64,000 bases of DNA from an uncultured Verrucomicrobiae bacterium (GTDB taxonomy: Bacteria; Verrucomicrobiota; Verrucomicrobiia; Chthoniobacterales; JAFAMB01). Of the stretch, positions 39,737 through 49,383 are shown in pieces; position 1 is the stretch's first letter; each line of letters begins with the position of its first letter. A model generated the notes under the pieces. It was not told where the DNA came from, searched no databases, and saw nothing but the letters and a program-made list of their open reading frames with translations. The stretch covers positions 96,001-160,000 of the forward strand of contig CAWIPH010000002.1 in assembly GCA_963837955.1 (NCBI GenBank), in the 5' to 3' direction. A program made the translations under genes and the position numbers.

Positions 39737-41184
39737 GGGGCGTCGGACTTCGTGATGTTTTTTCCGCTTTTTTTTGGCGGAGGGAGACGGTAAAGGGGAG
39801 GATTGCGATGAGCTTTGAGGTAAGCTGTATTTTCCGTGAAGGGATTGTGGGTAGGTGAGAGCCTTTTTGTTTTCTTAGGAGTTTGTGAGGTTAAAGGTCT
39901 AGCAGATAGTTGCATTGGGTTGAATTTTTGCAAGCGCGTAGATGAAGTGTTGAAAGCCGAACGTGTGTTTGATAAAACCAAAAGCCCTTCAGCTACCGTT
40001 TGGCGCCGAGTTGCAACCACTGTCCGTGGGGTGTTGATGCGTTTTTTGATTAAATAACGCATGTGTGCGCAAGCGTTGCCTATGGCTGTTGCGATGTTTT
40101 GGTCCACTAGCACTGACTTGGATCGGACGGGGAGGATAATAGATTTTGGTGCCAAGGCTCTTTTCCAGCTCATAGGCTTTGGGTCGCTCTCATAGCCACA
40201 ATCGACGACCACTTCCTTTACTGCTCCTAACTCGGGAGCGAGTTGCTCAAGGACTTGGTTCAATAACTCCGCGTCGCCCCCTTTGGCACTGACGGCATTA
40301 GTTACAATCAGGCCTGCACCTTGGATATCGACTCCAATTTGGGCGTTATAGCCAATGACTGTACCTGCCCCTTTACGGTGTAAGATCCCACAGTCTGGAT
40401 CGGTCAAATTCATCCGTACCTCCTTGGCCTGGCTCTGACGACCGCTCTGGGCTAATTGCTCTTTTTCGGCTTGCTGCTGGGCTTCTCGTTGCTTGATGCG
40501 CTCTAGAGCTTCTTTGATGGCCTTACGGCGCTTTTGCCCATCGGCTAACTCCGCTGGCAAGCCTTCAGTCTCTGCTTCGCCCTCTTCAGCTTGATCAGCC
40601 GCTTCCCCTCGTTGGATCAGCTCGCTAATGAGCTCTTCGACTCGAGCCCTTTCTTGCTCTAATTGCTCCCGCGTGCTGAAGCGATGGCGATTGGCGTTGG
40701 CTTCCAGTCGCGTTCCATCCACTGCTAGCTTGCCCACTCGAACCAATCCTAATTCCGCGCCAACAATAACACGCTACGGAAACACTCTCGAAATAACGCT
40801 CCGTTCTCTCGCCGAAACTTCGCGATGGTATCGTGATCCGGATGGGTGTTGCCACACAAGTAACGCACCGAAAGGCTTTCGTAACTGAGTTGTTCGATGC
40901 GCCGGGAAGAAAATACTCCTCGCGCATAAGCGTAAATCAGTAAGCCCAACATCATTCCAGGCGGATACTGCGCACTACCGCTACCCCGCTCATTGGTACA
41001 AGCTAGCCGTAGATCGCATTGATCGACCGCCTCCGCTATCAAGCGCGCCAAATCATCCTTTGCCACCCAATCTCGCAAATCGACCGGCAACAACATCGGC
41101 GTCTGCCGATCAATGACTACATATCGCTCTGGCATCCACCTTTTTACCAGATCTGCTACCCAATTGAAAAGTCCGACAAGCCCC
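39737..41184 (-). mobile_element. IS1182-family insertion sequence
   Basis: Imperfect terminal IRs ggggcgtcggactt / aagtccgacaagcccc enclose the transposase remnant. Confidence 0.85.
39880..41135 (-). pseudogene. IS1182-family transposase, multiply frameshifted
   Basis: LLPVDLRDWV, YPPGMML.LL.YAY..G..SSRRIE, PDHDTIAKFR, AVDGTRLEANA, TDPD, GYNAQ, VVDCGY, RRQTVAE..GFIKHTFGF spread over several frames. The 3' end is approximate. Confidence 0.85.
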
Positions 41185-41314
41185 GGCGGGACGGGGCCGT
41201 CTTTATAACCTTTTCCCAGCACTTTGCTGGGCTACTTTCATCCCGCCCCTACGGGGCAGAGAACGAGACACGAGCTTCACTGCATCGATCTTCCCGTCTC
41301 TCAACCTTGCATGC

Positions 41315-41340
41315 CTTCGCGTCTTTGCGTCTTTGCGTGA
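41315..41340. repeat. CTTTGCGT octamer array (3 units)
   Basis: cttcgcgt ctttgcgt ctttgcgt. Confidence 0.65.
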
Positions 41341-41409
41341 GGTTTTAATCCCGCGTCCTCCCAAGAGACAAGAATTCGAACCTGTGTAATACAAAGGGCG
41401 GAGTCCCCT

Positions 41410-43974
41410 GTGGAAATCATTCAGGCCGAACCAAAATCATTTTCCGAGCGGTTACATCCCGTGATCGCGAATTGGTTTCTCGCCAAGTTTCAAAGATTCA
41501 CGCATGCCCAACAGCTGTGCATCCCAGCGATTCTGCAGAAAAGGTCGGTTCTGTTGAGTTCCCCAACCGGAAGCGGGAAAACGCTGGCTGCCTTTCTTGG
41601 AATTATTGATTTCATTCTTCGGGAGGTTGAACAGCCAAATCGCAAGACGAGATCGGGCGTACGGGCAATCTACATCTCGCCGCTGCGGGCTTTGGCTTAC
41701 GATATTCAAAAGAACCTTACCAGCCCGCTCGAAGAGATGGGGCTGCAAACGAGGATCCGGGTTGCACTTCGAACCGGCGATACCAAGCTGGCTGCCCGTC
41801 GAAAAATTCGGCAGACTCCGCCTCACATTCTGCTGATCACGCCCGAAAGCTTGGCGATCATTCTCAGCCAGAAGAGCTATCATGATTTGCTCAGCTCCTG
41901 CAGATACATCGTGGTCGACGAACTTCACGCGATTGCGGAAAACAAACGCGGCATGGACCTCATGCTTTCGCTGGAACGACTACAGGCTATCTGCGCGGAA
42001 CCACTTTGTCGGATCGGCCTATCAGCGACCGTCGCTCCGCTTGAGCGAATGGCCGAATTTCTCGTTGGCCCGAATCGGGATTGTCTGATCGCGGAAGCAC
42101 AGGTCGAGCGGAAGCAGATTGTCGAAGTCTTCTCGCCAATTCGCAAACAGCCTTATCCTCCAGCCGGCTACACCGGGACTCGTTTGCTGGAAGAATTGGC
42201 CAAGCTCGTCCAAAAGCATCAATCGGTGCTGATCTTTTGTAATACTCGCTCCGGCGCGGAAACCATCGGTATTCGGCTCAAGCAGACTCTTCCGGAGCTC
42301 GCTTCCCAAATTGAAACCCACCATTCCTCATTGGATCGGAGCGTACGCCTGTTGGTCGAAGACCGTCTAAAGAATGGGGAGCTTCGTGCGGTGGTCTGTT
42401 CGACCAGCCTGGAAATGGGCATCGATATCGGAGCCATCGATCTCGTGATCATGGTTTCAACGCCAAAAGGGATTTCCCGCACGCTTCAGCGCATCGGCCG
42501 GTCAGGGCATTCCATCCATCAAACCAGCTATGGCGTGTTAGCAGCAACTAACATCAACGATCTGGTGGAATGCACCGTGACGGCGAGTCTGGCCCGGCAA
42601 CGCCGCTTGGACCCGGTGCGAATATTGGAAAAGTGCAACGACGTCATCGCCCAACATATCGTGGGGATGGCTATGTCGGGTCCGATCCATCAAGAGGAAA
42701 TACTGAATGTGCTTCGGCGTTCTTGGCCATGTCGCGATCTCTCCGAAGAAACCTTCGAGCGAATTCTCCGATATCTGGAAGGAGGAGGGAAGGCGTTGGG
42801 TCCGCGGTACAGCACGCTCTTCGGGAAGATCGTGGTGGACGACGGATGGGTGCACGTTCCTTCCCGGGCGGTAGAACGACAGTATTTGCTGAACGTCGGT
42901 ACGATTCCGGCCGAAGGAATGGTGACGGTTTTTCTTGGCCGAAGGAAGCTAGGCCAAGTCGAAGAAGGCTTTATGAAGCGGTTGGCGATCGGCGATCGCT
43001 TTGTGCTGGCAGGCCGAATCGTTCAATTGGTCGAAGCGGGTGTAGTTCACGCCAGAGTCATCCTATCGAAGGGCGAAGGTCCGATCGTCCCAACCTGGAA
43101 TGCCAACAAGATGCCGCTCACGTCTGGCATCGCTCAGGAGGTCGTGCTTCTTCGATCTGAGATCGATCGACGGCTGGAAGAGAATGATCCGAACTTATCC
43201 GAGTGGTTGATCGAAGCCTATGAAATCAGTTCGGCCAACGCGGAAGCCATCATCAATCATTTTCGCGCACAACGCCGTTGCTCGCGCGTACCCGTCACTG
43301 GGATTTTTCTCGTCGAACTATATGTGAGCGAAGAAGGGCTCCTGAACTACTTCTTTCACTCGCTCATCGGCCGCAGCGGAAACGACGCGCTCTCGCGCAT
43401 TATCTCGTTTCGAGTGAAACAGCTGGTTGGCGGAAACGCTATGGTGACAATCGACGACTACGGGTTTTTACTGACCTTGCGTCCATTTCAACGTCTATCG
43501 AAGGCGCAGCTGCAGAGTCTTTTTCGGCCGGAATCGATCTCCGACGATTTAAAGGTTGCCCTCCGTGATTCGGAGTTGGTGCGCTGGCAATTTCGAGGAG
43601 TAGCCCAAACCGGTCTAATGGTTCCTCGCAATCGTCCGGACGTGGAGACAAGAGTCAAACAGATCCATTGGAGTGCAGAAATTCTGTTCCGGGTCCTGCA
43701 AGAGCACGAGCCGAACCATCCGTTATTGGAGGAAGCATACCGGCAAGCGGAATATACATTCTTGGACGCTGAACGAGCCTTCCGATTTGTTGAAGAGGTT
43801 CAAACTTACGACTGGGATGTGCGGGAGGTGCAGACTGTGAGCCCATTCGCATTTGGTATGTATGTCAGCCAGATCAAGGAGGCGATGCTTCACGAGGACC
43901 CCGAGACCGCGATCGAACGGTTGTACCATCGAATGTATGGGCGGGTTGAAGACCCGATAAGAAATGACAAATGA
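41410..43974 (+). CDS. lhr: Lhr-core DEAD/DEAH-box helicase
   Basis: PTGSGKTLAAF, YISPLRAL, ITPESL, VDELH, GLSAT, HHSSL, TSLEMGID, QRIGRSGH, terminal SPFA. Confidence 0.93.
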   Translation: MEIIQAEPKSFSERLHPVIANWFLAKFQRFTHAQQLCIPAILQKRSVLLSSPTGSGKTLAAFLGIIDFILREVEQPNRKTRSGVRAIYISPLRALAYDIQKNLTSPLEEMGLQTRIRVALRTGDTKLAARRKIRQTPPHILLITPESLAIILSQKSYHDLLSSCRYIVVDELHAIAENKRGMDLMLSLERLQAICAEPLCRIGLSATVAPLERMAEFLVGPNRDCLIAEAQVERKQIVEVFSPIRKQPYPPAGYTGTRLLEELAKLVQKHQSVLIFCNTRSGAETIGIRLKQTLPELASQIETHHSSLDRSVRLLVEDRLKNGELRAVVCSTSLEMGIDIGAIDLVIMVSTPKGISRTLQRIGRSGHSIHQTSYGVLAATNINDLVECTVTASLARQRRLDPVRILEKCNDVIAQHIVGMAMSGPIHQEEILNVLRRSWPCRDLSEETFERILRYLEGGGKALGPRYSTLFGKIVVDDGWVHVPSRAVERQYLLNVGTIPAEGMVTVFLGRRKLGQVEEGFMKRLAIGDRFVLAGRIVQLVEAGVVHARVILSKGEGPIVPTWNANKMPLTSGIAQEVVLLRSEIDRRLEENDPNLSEWLIEAYEISSANAEAIINHFRAQRRCSRVPVTGIFLVELYVSEEGLLNYFFHSLIGRSGNDALSRIISFRVKQLVGGNAMVTIDDYGFLLTLRPFQRLSKAQLQSLFRPESISDDLKVALRDSELVRWQFRGVAQTGLMVPRNRPDVETRVKQIHWSAEILFRVLQEHEPNHPLLEEAYRQAEYTFLDAERAFRFVEEVQTYDWDVREVQTVSPFAFGMYVSQIKEAMLHEDPETAIERLYHRMYGRVEDPIRNDK

Positions 43975-43992
43975 CAGATGACAGATGACAAA
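43963..43992. repeat. ATGACA(A/G) heptamer array overlapping the lhr stop codon
   Basis: aatgacaaatgacagatgacagatgacaaa. Confidence 0.85.
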
Positions 43993-44001
43993 TTTGGAAA
44001 G

Positions 44002-44610
44002 CCTATCCCGGAGGGATTCAATGAAAGTAGCCCAGCAATTTATTGCTGGGAATTAAAGCAAAGACGGTCCCGTCCCGCCAGGGACGATCGAAACTTTCTG
44101 TTATTGGCCCCATTGCGATTTCACGGGCCAATGCGGTGGTCGATCGTCCCTGCGGGACGGACCCGTTTTATAACGTTTACCCAGCCCCGCGGCCGCGCAT
44201 ACGCGTCAACATAAGAATTGGTTTGCCTGCTCCATCGCCGGGAGGGCGCGCGTCCCCGCGCGCCGAGAAAACGATCTCTAACCTGGGGGACGCAATTTAA
44301 CCCTTGGAATACAAACGCGCTTGGGTCCGGCCACAACGGATCGCGGGGACGCGATCCCTCCCCGTGTCGGGTCACGCGGCCGCGCATCCGCGTCAACTTA
44401 AGAATGGTTTGCCTGCTCCATCGCCGGGAGGGCGCGCGTCCCCGCGCGCCGAGAAAACGATCTCTAACCTGGGGGACGCAATTTAACCCTTGGTATACAA
44501 ACGCGCTTGGGTCCGGCCACAAGGGATCGCGGGGACGCGATCCCTCCCCGCGTTGGGTCACGCGGCCGCGGGGCTGGGCTACTTTCGTTGGATCCCTCCC
44601 GCGGGATAGG
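44002..44610. repeat. AAAGTAGCCCAG REP-like element containing a tandemly duplicated ~186-bp insert (44186-44572)
   Basis: Host arms gaaagtagcccagc / gctgggctactttc. Insert units are delimited by cgcggccgcg at 44188, 44375 and 44561, and each carries a GGGAGGG...CCCTCCC REP pair. Confidence 0.9.
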
Positions 44611-44695
44611 ATCAGAGCTTCGAATTGCGTGATGAGCCATTCTAGATAGTTGCCAACGCCTTACAACGTAGGCAGTTAAAAATCGCTCGCGCCCC

Positions 44696-45358
44696 TTAGC
44701 TAGTCGCTGGTAATTCCAATGAAATCTGGGTCGCGTCGGTTGCGGAGACCGTCGCGTTGATCCGTGCACCGGTTTGAACCATGGGCGCATTTTCGGGAGC
44801 AATTGCCACCTTGGTATTCAGTTGGTAGGGCGGACGATTGGCTACATGCACTTCCAGCAAAAGGTTCATCAGCTTGAAACGTCCGGCCGGTTCGGCTTCG
44901 ACCGCGTCTAATACTATCGCGGTAGCTTGAGCGGGTTGCCCGGCGAGGCCACCAGGTGCTGCCGGAGACGATACCGGACGCGGTTGGACGTTCAGGCCAG
45001 TCGACTCGACTGCGACCCTTTGCAGATCGTTCGGATCAAAACGGACTTGGATTTTCGAACCTGGCTGAAAGGCAGCAAGCGAAAGACGCGAGACGATCAG
45101 TTTGGTGTTCGCCTCAAAACCGGTACGAGATTGGGGCTGAACGAATAACCGAAGAGCGACTCGCGGATTGTCGTTCACCGTGACTCCAGTGTCGGAAATG
45201 CTGAGAACTTCAGCGACGGCTGACTCTCCGTTACGCAGCAGCGCCTGGCGCTGCCCGCTCTCGCGCATCATCCGAAGGAAGAATCGCGCAACGAAAAAGA
45301 TCACTGTCGCAGTAAGCAAAAGCGGGAGAATGACCGACAAGAGAATGATTATAAGCAT
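44696..45358 (-). CDS. Membrane-anchored hypothetical protein with two related beta domains (DUF3592-like)
   Basis: N-terminal TM; GESAVAEVL...DTG..VN.NP...L.L.V...QPG..I.VRFDPND, repeated in degenerate form. Confidence 0.65.
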   Translation of the reverse strand: MLIIILLSVILPLLLTATVIFFVARFFLRMMRESGQRQALLRNGESAVAEVLSISDTGVTVNDNPRVALRLFVQPQSRTGFEANTKLIVSRLSLAAFQPGSKIQVRFDPNDLQRVAVESTGLNVQPRPVSSPAAPGGLAGQPAQATAIVLDAVEAEPAGRFKLMNLLLEVHVANRPPYQLNTKVAIAPENAPMVQTGARINATVSATDATQISLELPATS

Positions 45359-45388
45359 AGTAAAATCGGCAGGTGTGGTCTCAGCCTG

Positions 45389-47662
45389 TTACGCGGTGCG
45401 GGTAACAGGGTCAAGTATGGTCGCATGGGAGTCTTTCGGGCCCAGCCGGCTGACCGCCGAATGGAGCGCCTGGATTGCATCGATCAGAGCCTCGAATTGG
45501 GCAACGAGCCACTCGCGTCGCGCTGAGTCTGAGACAGAATTGGCCGAGGAATCAGTGAGGCCGATAGTTTTCTCTCGATGCAATCGTTCTTTCCAACGCT
45601 TCAAATCCGGCGACGGAATTTTTGACTCGTCCGAAGGAATTGCTGCAGCCAGCTTTTCGAGGAAATCCGCCAGGTTCATTCCGAGGTCTCGGAGGTTGTC
45701 AGACGGGTTCCCGTGCTGCGTCTGATTTTCCACGATTGACGAGAGAATCTGAAAAATGTCACGCGCGTCGTTAATCGCGGCCAGAAACGATTCAACTTCA
45801 CCCCCCAGGTGAGTCGGTTCACTCAATACTCGTTGACCGGCGGTCGCAGCGTTCGCTAGTGCCAGACCCGCTTTTCGTTGGAGCGGCCGCCACGTTTTTT
45901 CTCCTTTGTCGTCTCTTGACGGTTCGATCAGGGTAGACCGGAGAAAATTGGCGTTTGCCCTAAGTGCCGCCGCGAGCTGACCAGGTAGTTTTTGCTTTTC
46001 CCAGACCGGGAAAAGTACATACCCGCCGACGACCGCTAAGAATCCGCCGATAAAAGTGTGGAGCACGCGCAAGAGGCTGGTCTCCCAGTCGGCGGAGTGG
46101 CCAACGTCCAGCATGACCATGATCATCGGGGTGAGAGCCAGGGTGTATAAGCCGTAATTAATCGGTCGGACGGAGAGCGCGGCAAAAGCAAGCACGGGCA
46201 GAATCGCAATCAGGATGACTTCTTCTTGAATTGTTAAAGAAAGAGCGGCAGCTATCAATCCCCCTAAAACAGTTCCAGTGACTCGCAGCACAGCCCGCTG
46301 GAGTGTTCCTCCGAAATTGGGTTTCAGGATAAATAAGATCGTTACGGCAATCCAGTATCCACGGGGAAGGTGCAGAACGGTGGCGAGGGTCTGACCCAAT
46401 GCGGCGATCAATCCGAGTCGCAAAGCATGACGGAAACCCTCGGATTCGAACGACAGGTTGCTCCTGATTGGTCTCCAAAAACGAAACGGTTTAATTTCCG
46501 GTTCGGAGCTGACGTCCGAAGGCGTCTCCTTTTCGTCTCGATGCGATTCCAGATTTCCAATTAACTTCCTTGCTTTCCGGATCTGCCTGACAAGGTTTCG
46601 GGCAGTGCTTTCCAGTTCGGGATTTGCAAAGGGTTGTGCCTGTCCGCTTGTTCCATGCACGAACAACGCTTCCAGTCTTTCCTCCGCCTTTTTCAGCGCG
46701 GCGTCCGCTTGGACTGAGTCCAAGGTTCGACCTCGTTTCGGGATGGAGCGGGCCAAGTCGCGAACGATCGCGACGAGATCAGCCGTGAGGGCATGCAATT
46801 CGTTAATGATCTCGGCGCGTTGACTCTCGTCGAGTCGAATAACGAGTTGGCGTAGCGCAACCACAGATCCGCCAATTCTATCGAGTAACTCGATAGAATG
46901 AAGCAGCTGAACGCTTCGAGTACTCGGACCGGCTCGCCGGGCACGGATTGCTCCCCAAATCCTTCGGGTGTTTTCAAGCTCAGTGATGAATGAGTCGAAT
47001 GCCAGGGCGAAGCTAAGGTTATTAACCGGTCTGCCGCCGGATGAGCTGCCCGACCAGAACGCATCCAGAAGTTCAGCAAGTTTCAGATAACTTTTTTGCA
47101 GAGCCTCGAAAACCGGGGACGCGGCTTGGAGAGGCCAAAGAGCCAATGAGAGCAATGTCGCCCAGAGCGCGCCCAGACAGCAGAGGCCGGTACGGATCCA
47201 AAATTCGCCAGGCGTGGACAAGGCAACGCTCACGATAAATGTGGTTGAGCTCATCAACCCTGCTTGGGCCGCCGTATTTCCGACTACCCCAAGAAAACCC
47301 GCCACCGACAGCCAAACAAAGATGCCTATGATGTGTGTGATGCTCGATTGAGATGCCCAGGCGCCAACGACAAAGGCGGCAATGATGGCAAGCGAGGAGA
47401 TGACCATGGAGATGGTTCTCTCCCGATAGGTTCCGCCCGTGTCGCACAGCAAAACCCAAAAAGTGATTAATGCGGTGAGTACGCCCCAAGAAATGTGGTT
47501 TTGAGCCCAGCTGATCACGATCGGCACGAATATCCCGATCGCCATACGCAAGCCTTCTGCGATCTCCGGGCGCGGGGAATCGACGCTCGTGTGCCAGGTA
47601 ACAAACGCGTCCCAGATGCGTCCCAGCCGGCCCGCATTTCGAAGAGACGGAGAAGCAGTCAT
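45389..47662 (-). CDS. FUSC-family (YccS/YhfK-like) inner membrane protein
   Basis: N-terminal TM bundle, helical linker, FRHALRL...RGYWI..T...LKP...T..RA..RV.GT..G. Confidence 0.9.
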   Translation of the reverse strand: MTASPSLRNAGRLGRIWDAFVTWHTSVDSPRPEIAEGLRMAIGIFVPIVISWAQNHISWGVLTALITFWVLLCDTGGTYRERTISMVISSLAIIAAFVVGAWASQSSITHIIGIFVWLSVAGFLGVVGNTAAQAGLMSSTTFIVSVALSTPGEFWIRTGLCCLGALWATLLSLALWPLQAASPVFEALQKSYLKLAELLDAFWSGSSSGGRPVNNLSFALAFDSFITELENTRRIWGAIRARRAGPSTRSVQLLHSIELLDRIGGSVVALRQLVIRLDESQRAEIINELHALTADLVAIVRDLARSIPKRGRTLDSVQADAALKKAEERLEALFVHGTSGQAQPFANPELESTARNLVRQIRKARKLIGNLESHRDEKETPSDVSSEPEIKPFRFWRPIRSNLSFESEGFRHALRLGLIAALGQTLATVLHLPRGYWIAVTILFILKPNFGGTLQRAVLRVTGTVLGGLIAAALSLTIQEEVILIAILPVLAFAALSVRPINYGLYTLALTPMIMVMLDVGHSADWETSLLRVLHTFIGGFLAVVGGYVLFPVWEKQKLPGQLAAALRANANFLRSTLIEPSRDDKGEKTWRPLQRKAGLALANAATAGQRVLSEPTHLGGEVESFLAAINDARDIFQILSSIVENQTQHGNPSDNLRDLGMNLADFLEKLAAAIPSDESKIPSPDLKRWKERLHREKTIGLTDSSANSVSDSARREWLVAQFEALIDAIQALHSAVSRLGPKDSHATILDPVTRTA

Positions 47663-47777
47663 CTCGCGAAGTTTATCAGTGCAATCCTGATCGCGAACAA
47701 TGCCAAAGAGCGGATTGCTGCGGTGGAGAACGGCGAGATTTGTGGAATTCCGGCTTTGACAACGGGAGCGGATGGGT

Positions 47778-47791
47778 TTAGATCGATCTAA
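47778..47791. promoter_or_regulatory. Putative LacI-family operator
   Basis: Perfect palindrome TTAGATCGATCTAA with central CG, 16 nt after TTGACA (47756); weaker copy TTGGATCGATTTTT at 47845. Confidence 0.65.
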
Positions 47792-47862
47792 TCAACGATA
47801 GGCTTTTCGCCCGTTTTCGGACGATTTTCCCTAGGTAAAGTTTATTGGATCGATTTTTTTGT

Positions 47863-48963
47863 ATGCCCCCCGGCGCCGCTATTTCAACCCCGCAATCGCG
47901 AATCACCCTCAACGATATCGCAGAACATGCCGGAGTCTCTCGCGCAACCGTTTCGCTAGTCTTGCGCAACATCCCATCCGTCGCAGCCGGCACCCGACGA
48001 CGGGTCCAAAACAGCATGCGGGAACTCGGCTATGTTTATAATCGCGCTGCAGCCAGCCTCCGGACCCAGCGATCACACGCGATCGGATTAATCGTTTCCG
48101 ATATCGCGAATCCATTTTTCGCCGAAGTCATCGTTGCTATCGAACGCCGGCTCGATCTTGCGGGCTATGTAACTCTTCTTGGCAATACATCCGAAGACGC
48201 GGAAAAAGAGAATCGGGTCTGGAGAACCATGCACGAGTTTCCGGCAGATGGTTTACTGATTTGTCCAACTTTACGACCAGACGACGAACCTGGCCCAGCG
48301 CCGGGCGTTCCAACCGTCGCGTTCGCTAGATTTCTTTCCGGTGTCGACTTTGTGGGGGCGGATAATGCAGCTGGCGCAGAAATGGCGGTGAAACACTTGC
48401 GGTCCATTGGCCACCGGCGAATCGCGTTTTTAGGAGGGAACCCTCAGCGATCGACTGGGCGGGAGCGCTATCGCGGTTATGTGGCGGCTCTCCAATCATT
48501 TGGACAGACTGTTAATGAGTCGCTCGTGGTTCCCACGCTCCCGAATCGAGCGGGCGGCCGTGAAGGATTAAGCCGGCTGTTGGAACAAGCAGAAGCCCCG
48601 ACCGCCGCCCTTTGCTTCAACGATGTGGTAGCTCTCGGAGCCATCGAGGCGTTGTACCAGCATCGGAAAACACCTGGCGTGAACTTCGGCATCGTCGGCT
48701 TCAATAACATCGCGGAAGCGGCCCAGAGCCATCCCGGTTTGACCACCATCGATACCTCTCCGGCGAATTTGGGTGAAGCGGCTGCAGATCTGCTTCTTCA
48801 GCGGATCGCAGCGCCCGACGCGCCGATTCGGCGAATTATTCTAGAACCACGTTTGATCGTCCGAGCATCATGCGGTGCTCAGGCGTCTTCCCTTGGTTCC
48901 TCCGGCAGGTCTTTGCGCGCCGCCGATCGTGAGGATCCGACCTCGCCCCACAGACAGGTATGA
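47863..48963 (+). CDS. LacI-family transcriptional regulator
   Basis: TLNDIAEHAGVSRATVSLVL HTH, YVYNRAAASL hinge, NPFFAE, CFNDVVALG, PGLTTI. Confidence 0.95.
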   Translation: MPPGAAISTPQSRITLNDIAEHAGVSRATVSLVLRNIPSVAAGTRRRVQNSMRELGYVYNRAAASLRTQRSHAIGLIVSDIANPFFAEVIVAIERRLDLAGYVTLLGNTSEDAEKENRVWRTMHEFPADGLLICPTLRPDDEPGPAPGVPTVAFARFLSGVDFVGADNAAGAEMAVKHLRSIGHRRIAFLGGNPQRSTGRERYRGYVAALQSFGQTVNESLVVPTLPNRAGGREGLSRLLEQAEAPTAALCFNDVVALGAIEALYQHRKTPGVNFGIVGFNNIAEAAQSHPGLTTIDTSPANLGEAAADLLLQRIAAPDAPIRRIILEPRLIVRASCGAQASSLGSSGRSLRAADREDPTSPHRQV

Positions 48964-48999
48964 GCGTCAACATAAGAGGAACGATATGTGCCCAGAGTC

Positions 49000-49293
49000 G
49001 TCCCGGCTTGTCCGCCGTAGCCAGGAGGGCGAAGGAGGAAGGGACTCAATGAAAGTAGCCCAGTACGAAGTGCTGGGATGGCGTTCAAAAAAAGGGACCC
49101 GTCCCGGACGGGACGATCGAGGGTTGCTTACGCTGGTGAAGCTGCATACGAGAGAACCAGGGGCCAGGACACTTCTATCGTCCCTGCCGGGACGGACGTC
49201 TTTTTTGCATTATTTCCCAGCACTTCGTACTGGGCTACTTTCATTGAGTCCCTTCCTCCTTCGCCCTCCTGGCTACGGCGCACAAGCCGGGAC
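49000..49293. repeat. AAAGTAGCCCAG-family element with 79-bp inverted arms (1 mismatch)
   Basis: 49000-49078 is the reverse complement of 49215-49293 except one base; internal cgtcccggacgggacg / cgtccctgccgggacg hairpins. Confidence 0.93.
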
Positions 49294-49383
49294 CAATCCT
49301 CTGCGGATGCTTCTAAGCCTTCTGTTGAAGCAGATGCACGGACGCGGCGACGCGGTCGGACAAGAGTCAATCCCTCCCAGAAA

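Larger units (their letters stand above)
39585..41257. repeat. AAAGTAGCCCAG REP-like element split by the IS1182 insertion
   Basis: 39585-39736 and 41185-41257 joined are colinear (reverse complement) with the 44002-44610 host element. Confidence 0.85.

Noticed and set aside
39511..39880. C-terminal part of the 411-aa ORF 39511-40746 as transposase
   Set aside because: After about 40190 the frame leaves transposase homology except for short patches, and it reads through the IS end into REP DNA.
44186..44572. Possible CRISPR array (regularly spaced palindromic repeats)
   Set aside because: The repeat is only 10 bp, the intervening ~176-bp segments are copies of each other rather than unique spacers, and there are no cas genes.
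44043..44802. ORFs with internal peptide duplications (also 48875-49387)
   Set aside because: By-products of tandem or inverted repeat DNA.
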